Source: Ignisphaera sp.
GTDB taxonomy: Archaea; Thermoproteota; Thermoprotei_A; Sulfolobales; Ignisphaeraceae
Direction: 5' to 3'
Length of the DNA stretch: 43,497 bases
Assembly: GCA_038821645.1 (NCBI GenBank)
Contig: JAWBDT010000016.1
Span: 1 to 43,497 of the forward strand
Shown: piece by piece, positions 20,201-30,801 of the stretch
Layout of the letters: each line of letters opens with the position of its first letter
Numbering within the stretch: position 1 is the stretch's first letter
Translations under genes and position numbers: made by a program
Notes under the pieces: generated by a model
Database searches by the model: none
What the model was told of the DNA's origin: nothing
Seen by the model: the letters and a program-made list of their open reading frames with translations, nothing else

Positions 20201-20499
20201 AAATTATCACCATAGAGAATATGGCTATAAACTTTGGCGAAGTTGTAGGTATAAAACAAATAGAAAAGGACTTTGTAAGTAGATCAATAGGATTAGTCAT
20301 GACTACTGGATACAGACCTGAGAAGGATTATGCTGTAAGGAGAATGGCTGCAGACATGGTCGTACCACTTATACTTAACCATAAACTTGCATATGAATTC
20401 TCTAAATCATTAAAGTATGTAAAGGATAAAGAACCTATGATAAGAGACATGAAGGAGTATTGGAGAGATATAAAGGAGATCATAGAAGTGTATGGCTAA
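17284..20499 (+). CDS. carB: carbamoyl-phosphate synthase large subunit
   Basis: IIGSGSIKIAEAAEFDYSG, GVHTGES, ETNPRMSRSSALASKATG, second ATP-grasp half and MGS domain; 1071 aa. Confidence 0.97.
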   Translation: MEMPRKVLIIGSGSIKIAEAAEFDYSGNQALKAVKEEGIEVILVNPNIATIQTSYKFADKVYLLPLKPDFVARVIERELPDGIMVGFGGQTALSLGVKLYDDGVLDKYGVKVLGTPIEGIRRALSRDLFQKTAKKFGIPIPPSRAVYSVEEALETAEEFGYPVMVRVSFNLGGAGSFVAWNKNDLRKRAIAAFAQSEIGEILVEKYLHHWKEIEFEIVRDAYDNVAAIACMENLDPMGVHTGESIVIAPCQTLTDYEYQLTRNLSIATERAIMLIGEGNVQVALNPWNSEEAYVIETNPRMSRSSALASKATGYPLAYIAAKLALGYKLYEIMNKVTRKTSACFEPSLDYVVIKVPRWDLDKFEYVNKSIGTEMKSVGEVMAIGRTFQEALQKALRMLDIGEPGVVGGPVYEDDSISLDYIMDKLRKREPYWPIWVAKAFKHGVDVDTIYEITGIDKHFLKQIKEIVDFYEELKRSSKNNYLLPLIIAEAKRMGFSDEQISRALGMSADDIRSFRKKYGIEPVVKQIDTLAAEWPAQTNYLYLTYNGWEHDVSFNSIKPKIIILGAGGFRIGVSVEFDWSIVTFTDEARSLGYEVIVINYNPETVSTDWDISDKLYFDEITVERVLDIYELENPKGVVAFLGGQISNNIAWALEKRKVLLLGTPGISVHRAENRALFSELLDKLGIKQPRWVAATNIKEVIKFIEDEGFPVLVRPSYVLSGSSMAIANSLNEVLEFISRAAKISPKYPVVVSKFIENAIEFEFDGVGLRDSVVGAFIEHIEPAGVHSGDATMVLPPRYLPKEALKKAADIVMKLSTELDIKGPFNLQMLYKDGEVYVIELNLRASRSMPFTSKVTGYNLMKAAAEVALKDRLSNIVELHKLNVLKPKWYGIKSPQFSWSRLRGSYPFLGPEMRSVGEVACIADAYEEALIMSWLSVQGNRLPEKKEKILVYTPSGYVDILNEAAKILLEIGYKIITIENMAINFGEVVGIKQIEKDFVSRSIGLVMTTGYRPEKDYAVRRMAADMVVPLILNHKLAYEFSKSLKYVKDKEPMIRDMKEYWRDIKEIIEVYG

Positions 20500-20519
20500 C
20501 TATGTCTCACTAGACATAG
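20500..20519. other. perfect 8-bp inverted repeat CTATGTCT-CACT-AGACATAG directly after the carB stop
   Basis: Read directly; could be an RNA hairpin or an operator. Confidence 0.5.
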
Positions 20520-20529
20520 GCGATGGTTA

Positions 20530-21024
20530 GTGAGTTCTAGAGTAAATCCTCTATACGCAATAACTGCTGTAGGAGCTGTTGTCTTACATAACAATAAGGT
20601 TCTATTAGTGAAGAGAGGTTCCAGTCCTGGTAAAGGGCTGTGGTCTATACCTGGAGGTGTTGTTGAAGCTGGTGAAAACATATATGAAGCTGCTAGAAGA
20701 GAACTTAACGAAGAAACAGGTATAGATGCTAAACCATTAGGCGTTCTGCTCATAGTTAACAACATTGTTAGAAACAATACATCGAGGATTGCATACCACT
20801 ACCTTATACTGGATATATTGTTTGACGAAAAATCTATCAAAGGTAGTCCAAGACCAGGGGGAGATGCTGTTGATGTAGCTTTCATACCTATCGATGAAGT
20901 TATCAATAGATATGATGTAACTAAATCAACAAAATATTTAATTAATGTATTAACTAAAGGGAATAGTAATAAGCTAGAATTACTACAGGTATATGAGCTT
21001 GATGTTTTTGACCAGACACTATAG
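20530..21024 (+). CDS. Nudix hydrolase (ADP-ribose pyrophosphatase-like)
   Basis: Nudix box GGVVEAGENIYEAARRELNEETG. Confidence 0.9.
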   Translation: MSSRVNPLYAITAVGAVVLHNNKVLLVKRGSSPGKGLWSIPGGVVEAGENIYEAARRELNEETGIDAKPLGVLLIVNNIVRNNTSRIAYHYLILDILFDEKSIKGSPRPGGDAVDVAFIPIDEVINRYDVTKSTKYLINVLTKGNSNKLELLQVYELDVFDQTL

Positions 21025-21088
21025 ACATGTATAGATGTTCATTATGATTAAATAGATTTTCTTCTACTACAATCTAGTTGTATACTGG

Positions 21089-22081
21089 ATGGGTATATAT
21101 ATGTCGAATACCGATGTATATGATGTTATAGTAATAGGTGGCGGTGTTGCAGGTCTTTCTGCTGCACTATACACCTCTAGACAGGGACTTAGAACCTTAG
21201 TTGTTTCCATAGATATTGGGGGTCAACTATCTTATGCAAATGTTATTGAAAACTATCCTGGAGTAGAATCTATTTCAGGACTAAATCTTGTACTAAAGAT
21301 CCAGAGACAGGCGATATCATTTGGAGCAGAAATAGTTATAGATGAGGTTGTGTCATTAAGTAGAGAAAATGAATTATTTGTTGTCAGAACCCGAAAAGGA
21401 AGTACATATAGATCTATAGCTGTTATTGCTGCATGTGGTAAAGCACCTAAACGACTTAATGTAACTAATGAAGACAACCTTGTTGGTAAAGGTGTTAGCT
21501 ATTGTGTTATATGTGATGCACCTCTCTATAGAGGTAAAGAGGTTGCTCTTGTTAGTTTTGGTGAGAAAGGGATAGAATCTCTAGAAATTCTATCTTCTTT
21601 AGCTAGTAAAGTACATTATATAGTGCCTAACAACAATGATCCAAGCATACAGATAGCTAAACAACTACCAAATGTTGTTATTTACCCAGGATACCAAGTC
21701 AAAGGTTTAGTTGGAGATGATCATATCGAAGAAGTGGTCATAGGCAATAGAGAAGGTAATGATATTAGATTAAAGATTGATGGAATTTTCGTAGAGCTTG
21801 GTTTTGAAGTACGTGCCCATTTCTTAAAGGATTTTGTGGATTTCAATGATAAAGGTGAGGTTATTGCAGATGCGCTTGGTAGAACTAAGACCGAAGGACT
21901 TTTTGTTGCCGGAGATATTGTGAATATACAATACAAACAGGCTATAATAGCTGCTGCCTCTGGCGTTATTTCAGCTCTTTCAGCTATTAATTACGTGTAT
22001 AAATATAAAGGTATGGAGAAGTCTATAACAAGTGATTGGAAGAAAAACCTAAAGATGTCAAAAAGATCCTTAAGACTCTAA
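21089..22081 (+). CDS. trxB: thioredoxin reductase-like flavoprotein (CxxC present, NADPH motif degenerate)
   Basis: GGGVAG FAD motif, IENYPG, GVSYCVICDA and FVAGD..QAIIAA. Confidence 0.82.
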   Translation: MGIYMSNTDVYDVIVIGGGVAGLSAALYTSRQGLRTLVVSIDIGGQLSYANVIENYPGVESISGLNLVLKIQRQAISFGAEIVIDEVVSLSRENELFVVRTRKGSTYRSIAVIAACGKAPKRLNVTNEDNLVGKGVSYCVICDAPLYRGKEVALVSFGEKGIESLEILSSLASKVHYIVPNNNDPSIQIAKQLPNVVIYPGYQVKGLVGDDHIEEVVIGNREGNDIRLKIDGIFVELGFEVRAHFLKDFVDFNDKGEVIADALGRTKTEGLFVAGDIVNIQYKQAIIAAASGVISALSAINYVYKYKGMEKSITSDWKKNLKMSKRSLRL

Positions 22082-22085
22082 ATAG

Positions 22086-22147
22086 ATTTCAGCGCAATTC
22101 TCTTCTATCATCAAAACTACTCAAATGCGGTGGAGGCTCATCATCTA
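22086..22147 (-). ncRNA. C/D-box guide sRNA overlapping the aroD 3' end
   Basis: C box ATGATGA (22144-22138), guide GCCTCCACCGCAT, D' TTGA (22124-22121), C' TTGATGA (22114-22108), guide TAGAAGAGAATTGCG, D box CTGA (22092-22089). Confidence 0.7.
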
Positions 22148-22781
22148 GTCTAAGTCTCTTGAATTCAGCTAATATTTGTTTAATTTCATCACACTTAGGT
22201 TGACCTGATGCTGTTGGTGTATATATGTAACAGTACAGGAGTTTAGAGCCAAGTAAAGCAAAAGCAATCCTCTCAATAGGACTTGAACCTATAGGCATAA
22301 CGGCTACATTATCACCCAATTCGAGAAGCTCCATCAGGAAGGTTCTATAGCCGGGAAAAGGTTTCGTAGCTACTTTAACTACAAATGCTTTATCTATAAA
22401 GCTTTCAACGTCTTTCTTAACAGATTTAAGGTCAATGCTGTATGGATTCAATATATGTATAGATACTATTTTGTTCCTATAGTCAACACCATATTTCTTA
22501 ACGAACCTCATTTCAACATCATACATTATCCCAAGCTCTACAAGTTTGTTAAGTAGAGATAACTTAATTTCATCGCTATGCTTCTTAACACCACCCTCCT
22601 GAACATCTCTAAGTGTCACAATGATCTTTGAATTCTTGATTAATGAATAGTTTATTGATAGAGGATCATCGCTATAGTCAACCCTAAGTTCGATAAAATC
22701 TACATCAGTACAACAGCTATATACCTTCAGTACATCATCAGCGTATCTCACAGGAATAGAAGCAACAAGCTGTAGCCTCAG
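22089..22781 (-). CDS. aroD: type I 3-dehydroquinate dehydratase, probable CTG start at 22781
   Basis: ELRVD, TLRDVQEGG, YDVE, SIH, VKVA and TASGQ; the frame extends upstream of GTG 22751 to (M)RLQLVASIP with SD GGTGA 6 nt before the CTG. Confidence 0.85.
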   Translation of the reverse strand: MRLQLVASIPVRYADDVLKVYSCCTDVDFIELRVDYSDDPLSINYSLIKNSKIIVTLRDVQEGGVKKHSDEIKLSLLNKLVELGIMYDVEMRFVKKYGVDYRNKIVSIHILNPYSIDLKSVKKDVESFIDKAFVVKVATKPFPGYRTFLMELLELGDNVAVMPIGSSPIERIAFALLGSKLLYCYIYTPTASGQPKCDEIKQILAEFKRLRLDDEPPPHLSSFDDRRELR

Positions 22782-22791
22782 TATGGATCAC

Positions 22792-24039
22792 CTAAATAAT
22801 CTCTATTTTTCCTCCTAGTTTCACTATATCGTTCCAAAAGTTTGGATTACTCTTCTCAACGCATTCAGCTCTATCTATTACTCCACCAACTCTTAATGCT
22901 ATTGGTGTTGCCATCATAGCTATCCTGTGATCATTAGGACACACTACTTTACCACTTACAGGTTTACTTCCACGTATTCTTATCCTCTTGTAATCAGTAT
23001 ACACCTCTATACCAAAACTTTTAAGGACCTTAACGATCTCAGTTACTCTATCGCTTTCTTTTATCCGTAGTCTCGAAACATTCTCTATGTTTGTGATTCC
23101 ATCAGCTATAGAAGCTAAAGGAACTATGGATAGAGCCATGTCTGGTGAATCCTCTACATCTATATCAATACCTCTATAACCTTTATGACTTTCAGAAGCT
23201 TCAGCAATCCACACACCATCTATGTATATGCTTTGAGCCCCCATCGCCTTATATACATCAACTATAATATGGTCTCCCACATACTCTTCTGGTTGTGGAA
23301 GATTCCTTACTTCTATACGTCCATTAGTAAGAAGTGCTGAAGATACGTAAAATGATGCTAATAGATAGTCTCCAGGTACCTTACCTGTATATCCAGATAC
23401 TCTATCCTTTACATCAATCTCTATCCTATTGCTATACATATTTACATCTACACCAATCTTCTTGAGTATTGATGCTGTTAGATTTATGTAGCTCTTAGAA
23501 ACTATGGGAGGTGTTATCTTTATTGTACCCCCACCAGCTATAGCAAAAGCTATCATGAATCCAGACACATATTGACTACTCTCGTATCCAGGTATCTCAA
23601 TGTATGTGTCTCTTAACTTTCCCTCTATAGTTAGTGGTAGACTTCTTGACGAGAATTTAACTCCTTTATTCTCTAAACTCTCTATTATCGCTTTTAAAGG
23701 TCTCCTACGTAGAGACTCATCACCATCAATCGTTATCTTGCCGCCCACAATCAACGCAATAGGTATGAACATCCTCAAGGTTGTGGCTGATCCACGTAAA
23801 TATAGATAGTCTTTAACTATTTTAAGCTCTCCACCCTTCTTTACAAACTTGCTACCAGTATACTCTATACCTAGTACCTTAACAGCTTCTATAGCATCTT
23901 CAACATCATTCGATAAAGCAAGATCGTAGAGTTCTATAGGTGCTATCGTTGAGCAAAATATGTATCTAATTGCATAACTCTTCGATTGAGGAGCATCTAT
24001 AGTGCCAGAGATTCTCGAAGGCGATACTATTACCTTCAT
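22792..24039 (-). CDS. aroA: EPSP synthase
   Basis: PQSKS, GSATTLR, LRRRP, SSQYVSG, LRIKESDR, DHRIAM and KSNPNFW. Confidence 0.95.
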   Translation of the reverse strand: MKVIVSPSRISGTIDAPQSKSYAIRYIFCSTIAPIELYDLALSNDVEDAIEAVKVLGIEYTGSKFVKKGGELKIVKDYLYLRGSATTLRMFIPIALIVGGKITIDGDESLRRRPLKAIIESLENKGVKFSSRSLPLTIEGKLRDTYIEIPGYESSQYVSGFMIAFAIAGGGTIKITPPIVSKSYINLTASILKKIGVDVNMYSNRIEIDVKDRVSGYTGKVPGDYLLASFYVSSALLTNGRIEVRNLPQPEEYVGDHIIVDVYKAMGAQSIYIDGVWIAEASESHKGYRGIDIDVEDSPDMALSIVPLASIADGITNIENVSRLRIKESDRVTEIVKVLKSFGIEVYTDYKRIRIRGSKPVSGKVVCPNDHRIAMMATPIALRVGGVIDRAECVEKSNPNFWNDIVKLGGKIEII

Positions 24040-24830
24040 GTACCTCCTACACCAACTATGTCAACGACCTTGACCGTATCTACGTAACGTTTGAATAAAT
24101 CGATAAAATATTGTTCATCACCCTTTCTACAGAGAGCAAACATGGATGGCCCATTACCGCTAATACCTGCAGCAAGTGCTCCCTTCCCAATAGCTTCTCT
24201 TATTGGCTCTTCATCATATCCAAGGATTCTTGCTATAGCGATACCATTGAGTTTTATTGCCTCTAGAATATTTCCTTCAAAAGCTTTATCAAATATTTCA
24301 TAGAATACATGAGAATATCTACGCATAATATTCGCATCAATTCTCTTCTCTCTATACCCCTTAATGGCTAGTACAACAGATAACTCGAGTTTTGGATCAA
24401 ATACTCTAAGTATCTTCATATTCAGATTATCTGTCAGTACAGCTCCACCATAGTAAGCTGCTGCAGCATCATCAAGTGCACCTGTTATAGAGGCTCCAGC
24501 TTGAATAGATAATTCAGCGGCTAATCTTGGTATTGATTCCTCATATATTCCATATTTTTCTGTAATAGCTCTTATAATTGAAACTGCTACAGCACTACTA
24601 CTCTTTAGACCACTCATGGGGGGAATTTCCGAATGTATCTCTACTTCGAATAATGGTAGAAAGTACTTTCTAACAAAATACTGAACTATTGTTTCAACGA
24701 GTTTTGAAGGATATCTACAAGGCTCTTTACAGGTCTTTATAGTGCTATACACCCTCAAGTTTATGGCCATAGTTCCTCCAAACCAAGAAGGAATTGCATT
24801 AATTATTGATATTCCTCCGAAGGCTTGCAT
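24036..24830 (-). CDS. aroK: archaeal (GHMP-type) shikimate kinase
   Basis: [29 protein letters not shown] and ISGNGPS; start placed at ATG 24830. Confidence 0.92.
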   Translation of the reverse strand: MQAFGGISIINAIPSWFGGTMAINLRVYSTIKTCKEPCRYPSKLVETIVQYFVRKYFLPLFEVEIHSEIPPMSGLKSSSAVAVSIIRAITEKYGIYEESIPRLAAELSIQAGASITGALDDAAAAYYGGAVLTDNLNMKILRVFDPKLELSVVLAIKGYREKRIDANIMRRYSHVFYEIFDKAFEGNILEAIKLNGIAIARILGYDEEPIREAIGKGALAAGISGNGPSMFALCRKGDEQYFIDLFKRYVDTVKVVDIVGVGGT

Positions 24831-25975
24831 AGAGATTTGTACCTCTCCCATCTTTCTTGTATCGTTTCTACATCTTTATCTGAAAGCCTTACAGCAGGTA
24901 TAACATTAGCTCTAATACTATGATCTACTAATGTTATTGCCACCATTGCTTCAACAACAGCTACACCCCTAATGGCTATACATGGATCGTGTCTACCACG
25001 AATCGAAATTATTTTCTCTTCAAAAGATCTTATGTCCACCGTTTTCTGTGGAAACCTTATAGATGATGTTGGTTTGAAAGCACATCTAATAACTATCTCT
25101 TCACCAGTAGTTATACCCCCTAATATACCGCCAGCATAATTGTACCTCCACCGAATTCTTCCATTCTCTATGAATACCTCATCTGCTACCTCACTACCCC
25201 TCTTCTTTGCATAGTTAAATCCAAGACCATATTCGAAACCAGTAACACCAGGTATAGACATTACAGATTTTGCTAGATCAGCTTTAATCTTATCGAAAAC
25301 TGGTTCACCTAAACCCATAGGCGGATTAAGCACATGCACCTCTACAACTCCACCATAGCTATCACCATCATTAATTGCGTTACGCAGTACTTCAGCAAAC
25401 TTAGATTCAGCTTCAGGTTTACAGGCTCTTAACGGACTACATCTAGCGTGAACAAGATCATTAAAGCTTATGTTATCTTCAGTAGAGATAGGACCTATTG
25501 ATTTGATGCATCCTAAAACTAACGTATTGCTTAACATGAGGAGTTTTTTAGCTAATGCTCCAGCTATTACACGGGCAACTGTTTCCCTACCACTTGCTCT
25601 TCCACCACCCCTGTAATCCCAATTCTCATAACCATACTTGATTATATAGGGAATGTCAGCATGATTAGGTCTAGGAGTATACTTGATCTCTTCGTAGTAA
25701 CTTGAATCTACATCTATATTCCTCACAATAACAGTTATCGGCGCACCAGTAGTCCTACCATTGAATATACCGCTAATGATCTCTACTCGGTCTACTTCTC
25801 TTCTAGGTGATGTAAATGCTTTCCCAGGTCTCCTCAACCTAAGCTCGATTTCTATATCATCTATACTGATTGGTAATCCAGCTGGAACACCATCAATTAC
25901 AACCCCTACGGCAGGTCCATGACTCTCTCCAAATGTTGTTATCTTGAAGAATCTACCAAACGAATTTCCCGGCAT
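24803..25975 (-). CDS. aroC: chorismate synthase
   Basis: [33 protein letters not shown] and GRHDPC. Confidence 0.96.
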   Translation of the reverse strand: MPGNSFGRFFKITTFGESHGPAVGVVIDGVPAGLPISIDDIEIELRLRRPGKAFTSPRREVDRVEIISGIFNGRTTGAPITVIVRNIDVDSSYYEEIKYTPRPNHADIPYIIKYGYENWDYRGGGRASGRETVARVIAGALAKKLLMLSNTLVLGCIKSIGPISTEDNISFNDLVHARCSPLRACKPEAESKFAEVLRNAINDGDSYGGVVEVHVLNPPMGLGEPVFDKIKADLAKSVMSIPGVTGFEYGLGFNYAKKRGSEVADEVFIENGRIRWRYNYAGGILGGITTGEEIVIRCAFKPTSSIRFPQKTVDIRSFEEKIISIRGRHDPCIAIRGVAVVEAMVAITLVDHSIRANVIPAVRLSDKDVETIQERWERYKSLCKPSEEYQ

Positions 25976-26756
25976 ACAGATAACCTATAATCTCTTCATA
26001 TGTCACCGTCACTTTACCAAACCATATCTCTTGTGCTTCTAGTGCTTGTTTAACTAGGATCTCAAGCCCATTTATCACCTTAATTCCTTTCATTTTAGCT
26101 TTGACTACAAGCGGTGTTTCAATAGGTCTATACACAAACTCTATAACAAGATCTGTATCGAGACACGCTTCCGGCACTATTTCTGGATTAGGTGTAGCGT
26201 TCACAACAACTCTTGATCTATTCTTGCACGATTCACCTACTTCAGCATCTATACCGTATTCTGCAAGGTCTTTAACCAGTTTTTCAGCTCTCCATCTACT
26301 TCTGTTAATTATCACAATTCTACAGCCCAGTTTCCCTAAAGCAAAAGCTGCTGCTCTTGCTGCTCCACCAGCGCCATAGATATAACAAATATCTCTATCT
26401 ATATTTCTCAGATACTCTTTAACAAACATCTCTACGGCTTTATAGTCAGTATTGTATCCAACACCTTTATGTATAGTGTTTACAGCTCCAATAGCTTTCG
26501 CTATAGGATCTAAGTCCTCTAGAAACTCTATCGCTTTCTCTTTATATGGAATAGTTATGTTCAGACCTTCGCATAACTCTATCAGAGCCGGAAACAGGTA
26601 CTGGAAACGTTCTTCCGGAATATCAAAAGCTAGATATACAGCATTACGTCCTGTCTTTCTAAACACGTAATTATGTATATGTGGTGAAAGAGAGTATTGT
26701 ATGTTTCTGCCTACAACACCGAAGAGTTTAGTAGAAGCATCTATTATCCAATCCAT
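25953..26756 (-). CDS. aroE: shikimate dehydrogenase
   Basis: [31 protein letters not shown] and NATP. Confidence 0.95.
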   Translation of the reverse strand: MDWIIDASTKLFGVVGRNIQYSLSPHIHNYVFRKTGRNAVYLAFDIPEERFQYLFPALIELCEGLNITIPYKEKAIEFLEDLDPIAKAIGAVNTIHKGVGYNTDYKAVEMFVKEYLRNIDRDICYIYGAGGAARAAAFALGKLGCRIVIINRSRWRAEKLVKDLAEYGIDAEVGESCKNRSRVVVNATPNPEIVPEACLDTDLVIEFVYRPIETPLVVKAKMKGIKVINGLEILVKQALEAQEIWFGKVTVTYEEIIGYLYAGKFVW

Positions 26757-27808
26757 TTAGCTATACCTCTCTCAATTCTATCTATTGTTACCTCATGTTT
26801 AACCCATGTACCTATATCAACTAAAATAGGCATAGATATGCTGTTGCCTCTTCTCTTTTTATCTCTAGCTATAGACTTAATTACCTCATTTATATCAATA
26901 ATGATTGATAGATCCTTTATTGATGTTGGTAAGGAGTACTTTCTCAACATATTTTCTATAAGCTTTACACAGCTACTGTTTGTTATTCCTAATTCGGTGC
27001 CAAGTATTGTCTCAATGACCATACCTACTGCTACAGCTTTGCCATGAGGTACAATGAATCCTGATGCAGCCTCAATAGCGTGACCAACAGTATGTCCAAA
27101 ATTCAATACTATTCTTATACCCTTCAATTCGTAGGGATCTTCTTTGACTACGTTAAGCTTGTTCAGAATTGCTTTATACACTATATATTCTACTACATCA
27201 TCTCTTCGATTGATAATACCATCCACATTATTCTCTAAATAACTGAATAGTAATTTATCTAGTATAACGCCATACTTTATGACTTCAGCTAATCCATTCA
27301 AATACTCATTTTCTGGAAGTGTATCCAGAAAACCTATATCAGCTATGACTACATGTGGCTGATAGAAGGTCCCTATAACGTTCTTGATTTTCCTGAAGTT
27401 AACAGCGTTTTTACCTCCAATTGCTGCATCAACCATACCGAGTAGCGTTGTAGGAATGTTTATAAGTCTTATTCCCCTCATGTATATCGATGTAGCAAAA
27501 CCTACAACATCAGTAAGGGTTCCACCGCCAACGGCTATAACGTAATCGTTTCTCTGAAAATCTTCTCTATATAGATAATCAATTATATTGATTACTGTAT
27601 CCAGATCTTTATCTTGCTCACCTCCTTCAAGAACAAGTTCGTGTATATTGTCTCCTAAAACCTCGACAATTTGGTCTATGTTTATGGATTTCTGTCTAAC
27701 TATCAATACCTTACCATTCTTGACTATTTCTCTTAGATATCCAATAATATTTCTACCTATAAAAATCTTTGTATCAATACAACATATTCTTTCATCAATT
27801 ATCTTCAA
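26744..27808 (-). CDS. aroB: 3-dehydroquinate synthase (bacterial type)
   Basis: GGGTLTD, PTTLLGMVDAAIGGK, LNFGHT and HGKAV. Confidence 0.95.
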   Translation of the reverse strand: MKIIDERICCIDTKIFIGRNIIGYLREIVKNGKVLIVRQKSINIDQIVEVLGDNIHELVLEGGEQDKDLDTVINIIDYLYREDFQRNDYVIAVGGGTLTDVVGFATSIYMRGIRLINIPTTLLGMVDAAIGGKNAVNFRKIKNVIGTFYQPHVVIADIGFLDTLPENEYLNGLAEVIKYGVILDKLLFSYLENNVDGIINRRDDVVEYIVYKAILNKLNVVKEDPYELKGIRIVLNFGHTVGHAIEAASGFIVPHGKAVAVGMVIETILGTELGITNSSCVKLIENMLRKYSLPTSIKDLSIIIDINEVIKSIARDKKRRGNSISMPILVDIGTWVKHEVTIDRIERGIAKWIG

Positions 27809-28794
27809 ATCGATCTACCTACTGCTTGAGCTACAATCTTAATTCTCTCCATAAGGTTCTGGAACTCTTTCACAGATAATTGTTGCTCAGAATCACTCAA
27901 TGCTTTACTAGGCTCTGGATGCACCTCTACCATAACTACATCAGCTCCCGCTGCCACAGCTGCTAATGCTAGCGCCTCTACATATTCTCTTTTTCCTGAT
28001 GGATGACTTGGATCAGCTGCTATTGGTAGATGTGACATCTTTTTTGCTACAACCATACCAGCTATATCGAAAGTGAATCTAGTAGTATTCTCAAAAGTTC
28101 TTATACCTCTTTCACAAAGCACTACATGCCCATTTCCTTCTAACAATATGTACTCAGCTGAGAGCATCCATTCCTCAACAGTCATACCGAAACCTCTCTT
28201 AAGCAATACTGGTTTACGGCTTTTACCAACCTCTTTCAATAACGGATAATTCTGAGCATTTCTTGCTCCTATCTGGAGCATATCAACGTATTTGCTAACC
28301 ATATACACATCTCTTGGATCCATAACCTCAGAAACTATCGGTATGCCAACAATCTCCTTGACCTTCTTTAGTATATTTAACCCCTCTAAACCCAATCCTT
28401 GAAAGGTATAAGGACTTGTTCGAGGCTTAAATGCTCCACCTCTAATTAATGATGCTCCAGCTCTCTTAACAGCTTTAGCTACTTCGATCATCTGTTCTTC
28501 ATTCTCTACAGCACAAGGACCAGCTATTACAACTATCTTTCTACCGCCAATCTCGACACCATCAATATCGAAGACCGTTTTCTCTCTCCACTCATTAGAT
28601 GCTAGAGGAAACTTATACTTAGACTTTATCTTAAGATCAATATCTTCGTCAACGATATCTTCAATGAGTTTGTCGGGCCAAGCAATCACAATTCTTCTAC
28701 CATAGAGATCTACAACTCTATATGACGCAGATCTTGATCTAATAATCTCTACAATTTTTGACTCATCTCTATTCGGTTTCAATATGAACATCAT
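27805..28794 (-). CDS. aroF: type I-beta DAHP synthase with short N-terminal domain
   Basis: IAGPCAVE, GGAFKPRTSPY, QIGARN, LLKRG, CERGI, DPSH and EVHP. Confidence 0.93.
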   Translation of the reverse strand: MMFILKPNRDESKIVEIIRSRSASYRVVDLYGRRIVIAWPDKLIEDIVDEDIDLKIKSKYKFPLASNEWREKTVFDIDGVEIGGRKIVVIAGPCAVENEEQMIEVAKAVKRAGASLIRGGAFKPRTSPYTFQGLGLEGLNILKKVKEIVGIPIVSEVMDPRDVYMVSKYVDMLQIGARNAQNYPLLKEVGKSRKPVLLKRGFGMTVEEWMLSAEYILLEGNGHVVLCERGIRTFENTTRFTFDIAGMVVAKKMSHLPIAADPSHPSGKREYVEALALAAVAAGADVVMVEVHPEPSKALSDSEQQLSVKEFQNLMERIKIVAQAVGRSI

Positions 28795-29849
28795 ATCTTA
28801 CCACCCAATTCTTCGACAATTTTTCGAAAAAGTGTAAAGATTTTTTCATGAACAAGAGGAGAAAAACCATTATTCTTCTGAATCTCGTAAACAACATCCT
28901 TTATTTCATTAAGTCTTATACCTATAGCAGTAAGTTCCCTAAACGTTGGTGTTGAAAGTTTTAGTGGATCCACACCAAGTTCTTTCGATAGTTCTTCTAC
29001 ACCTAATTGAAATAATAGTATAAGCATGTGAGTTAAAACTTGAACTATTGCCATAGTCTTTTCATGTTCCTCGTAACTCACTACAATAGGATCTAGACCT
29101 ACACATTTCCAGAAATTAACAACATCTTCTAGAACATCTTTTCCTGTTTCTGAAGGTATTATCGCTATCTTCTGACTGTATGCTGGTGTAGATGGGCCGA
29201 AAAGCGGATGTGTAGACACATATGCAAATCCGTATATATGTGAAAGCTTCTCAACATGTTTGTATACCAAGTTTTTTGATGAAAGTATATCCATTACGAT
29301 TTTACCAGCCATATGTCTAGCAATAGTATCCACAAACCCATCTAAATAAGCTTGTAGCGAAAGAGCCAAGATTATGTGATTACATGATGCTAATGCTCTC
29401 TCGAGCTCTATAGCATTACAGCCTAACTCTCTTGCTACCATCTTAGCCTTTTCGATATCCCTCCCAGTAATAACGACCTCGAATCCTCTATTGATAATCT
29501 GTAGACCTAATGCCTTTCCCATCTTGCCGTAACCAACAATAGCTATCCGAGTACCATAGATATTTCTACATCCATCAATTGATTTAATCACATCTATTTG
29601 CAATTTCTTTGAATGTTTCAATATCTCCTTAAGTATTTGCTCCACAAGATCTAGTGGAACTCCATATGTTGCTGCAAGTTTTCTCCACTTTATCGATAGA
29701 TCTATTTCTCTCAATTCATCATTAATATTTAAGCCATAGCTACGTTTATATTCAGCTATATTCTTAACTAATTCCAGTCTCTTAGATAGTAACTCAATTA
29801 TTTGTCTATCTATTTCATCTATATTCTTCCTGATTTCAGCTATGTCCAT
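28791..29849 (-). CDS. tyrA: chorismate mutase (AroQ)-prephenate dehydrogenase fusion
   Basis: N-terminal [19 protein letters not shown]; then VGYGKMG, HPLFGP and EEHEKTMA; start placed at ATG 29849. Confidence 0.88.
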   Translation of the reverse strand: MDIAEIRKNIDEIDRQIIELLSKRLELVKNIAEYKRSYGLNINDELREIDLSIKWRKLAATYGVPLDLVEQILKEILKHSKKLQIDVIKSIDGCRNIYGTRIAIVGYGKMGKALGLQIINRGFEVVITGRDIEKAKMVARELGCNAIELERALASCNHIILALSLQAYLDGFVDTIARHMAGKIVMDILSSKNLVYKHVEKLSHIYGFAYVSTHPLFGPSTPAYSQKIAIIPSETGKDVLEDVVNFWKCVGLDPIVVSYEEHEKTMAIVQVLTHMLILLFQLGVEELSKELGVDPLKLSTPTFRELTAIGIRLNEIKDVVYEIQKNNGFSPLVHEKIFTLFRKIVEELGGKI

Positions 29850-30783
29850 GATTAAGAACCTCACGACATTTCTCAGCAATTGTTTTTGAGTTAAGGTGGA
29901 AGTAATCCCATAACTCTTTCACACTTCTACCTGATCTTCCATAACCTAATGCACCTACAATTCTCATAGGAACTGGATATCTTTGAACAAGAACCTCGGC
30001 AACTGCACCTCCAAGACCACCATACACTATATGCTCTTCAACTACAACTATGCGCCCAGTCCTACGTGCATATCTCTCTACAAGCTCGATATCAAGAGGT
30101 TTAACTGAGATCATATTTATAACAGCTACATTAATACCTTCACGCTTCAATTCTTCTGCCGCTATAAGAGCCTCATAAAGTATAGGGCCTGCACCAATTA
30201 TCGTTACATCGTGACCTTCTCTAAGTACATATCCTTTACCAAGCTCAAAAACATAGTCATGATCAGCCGATATCGGTGGTGAATAATCTCTACCGATCCT
30301 ATAGTATAGAGGTCCATAAACATTTTTGATTACATAAGGAAGACTTCTCTCAACATCATACGTATCTGCAGGTACAACTATCTTCATGTTAGGTAGCACT
30401 CTCATCAAAGCTACATCCTCTAGCGCTTGATGACTAGAACCATCAGCATGATCACTATATCCTGCATGCGTTCCTATGATCTTGACATTTAGATTCATCC
30501 TATCTACACTATTCCTTATCTGTTCCCAAGCCCGCATCAAGAACATTGAGAAAGCTATAACTACTGGTTTAGCGCCTGCAGAAGCAAGCCCAGCTGCAAA
30601 CGATAACATATGTTGTTCAGATATACCTACATTGAAGTATCTATCTGGAAATTTTTTACCGAAGAGATATGCTCTAGTCGGTTTTCCTACATCTGCTGTA
30701 ACAACTACTAGATCCTCTAGTTCCTCACCCAGCATCTCTAGAACATGACCTACAGTATCTCTGAAAGATTTCAATTCCTGCAT
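29836..30783 (-). CDS. transketolase, C-terminal (pyrimidine-binding plus C) subunit
   Basis: [22 protein letters not shown] and VEEH..GGLG. Confidence 0.92.
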   Translation of the reverse strand: MQELKSFRDTVGHVLEMLGEELEDLVVVTADVGKPTRAYLFGKKFPDRYFNVGISEQHMLSFAAGLASAGAKPVVIAFSMFLMRAWEQIRNSVDRMNLNVKIIGTHAGYSDHADGSSHQALEDVALMRVLPNMKIVVPADTYDVERSLPYVIKNVYGPLYYRIGRDYSPPISADHDYVFELGKGYVLREGHDVTIIGAGPILYEALIAAEELKREGINVAVINMISVKPLDIELVERYARRTGRIVVVEEHIVYGGLGGAVAEVLVQRYPVPMRIVGALGYGRSGRSVKELWDYFHLNSKTIAEKCREVLNHGHS

Positions 30784-30801
30784 ATCTTTGGAACCTTCTA
30801 G

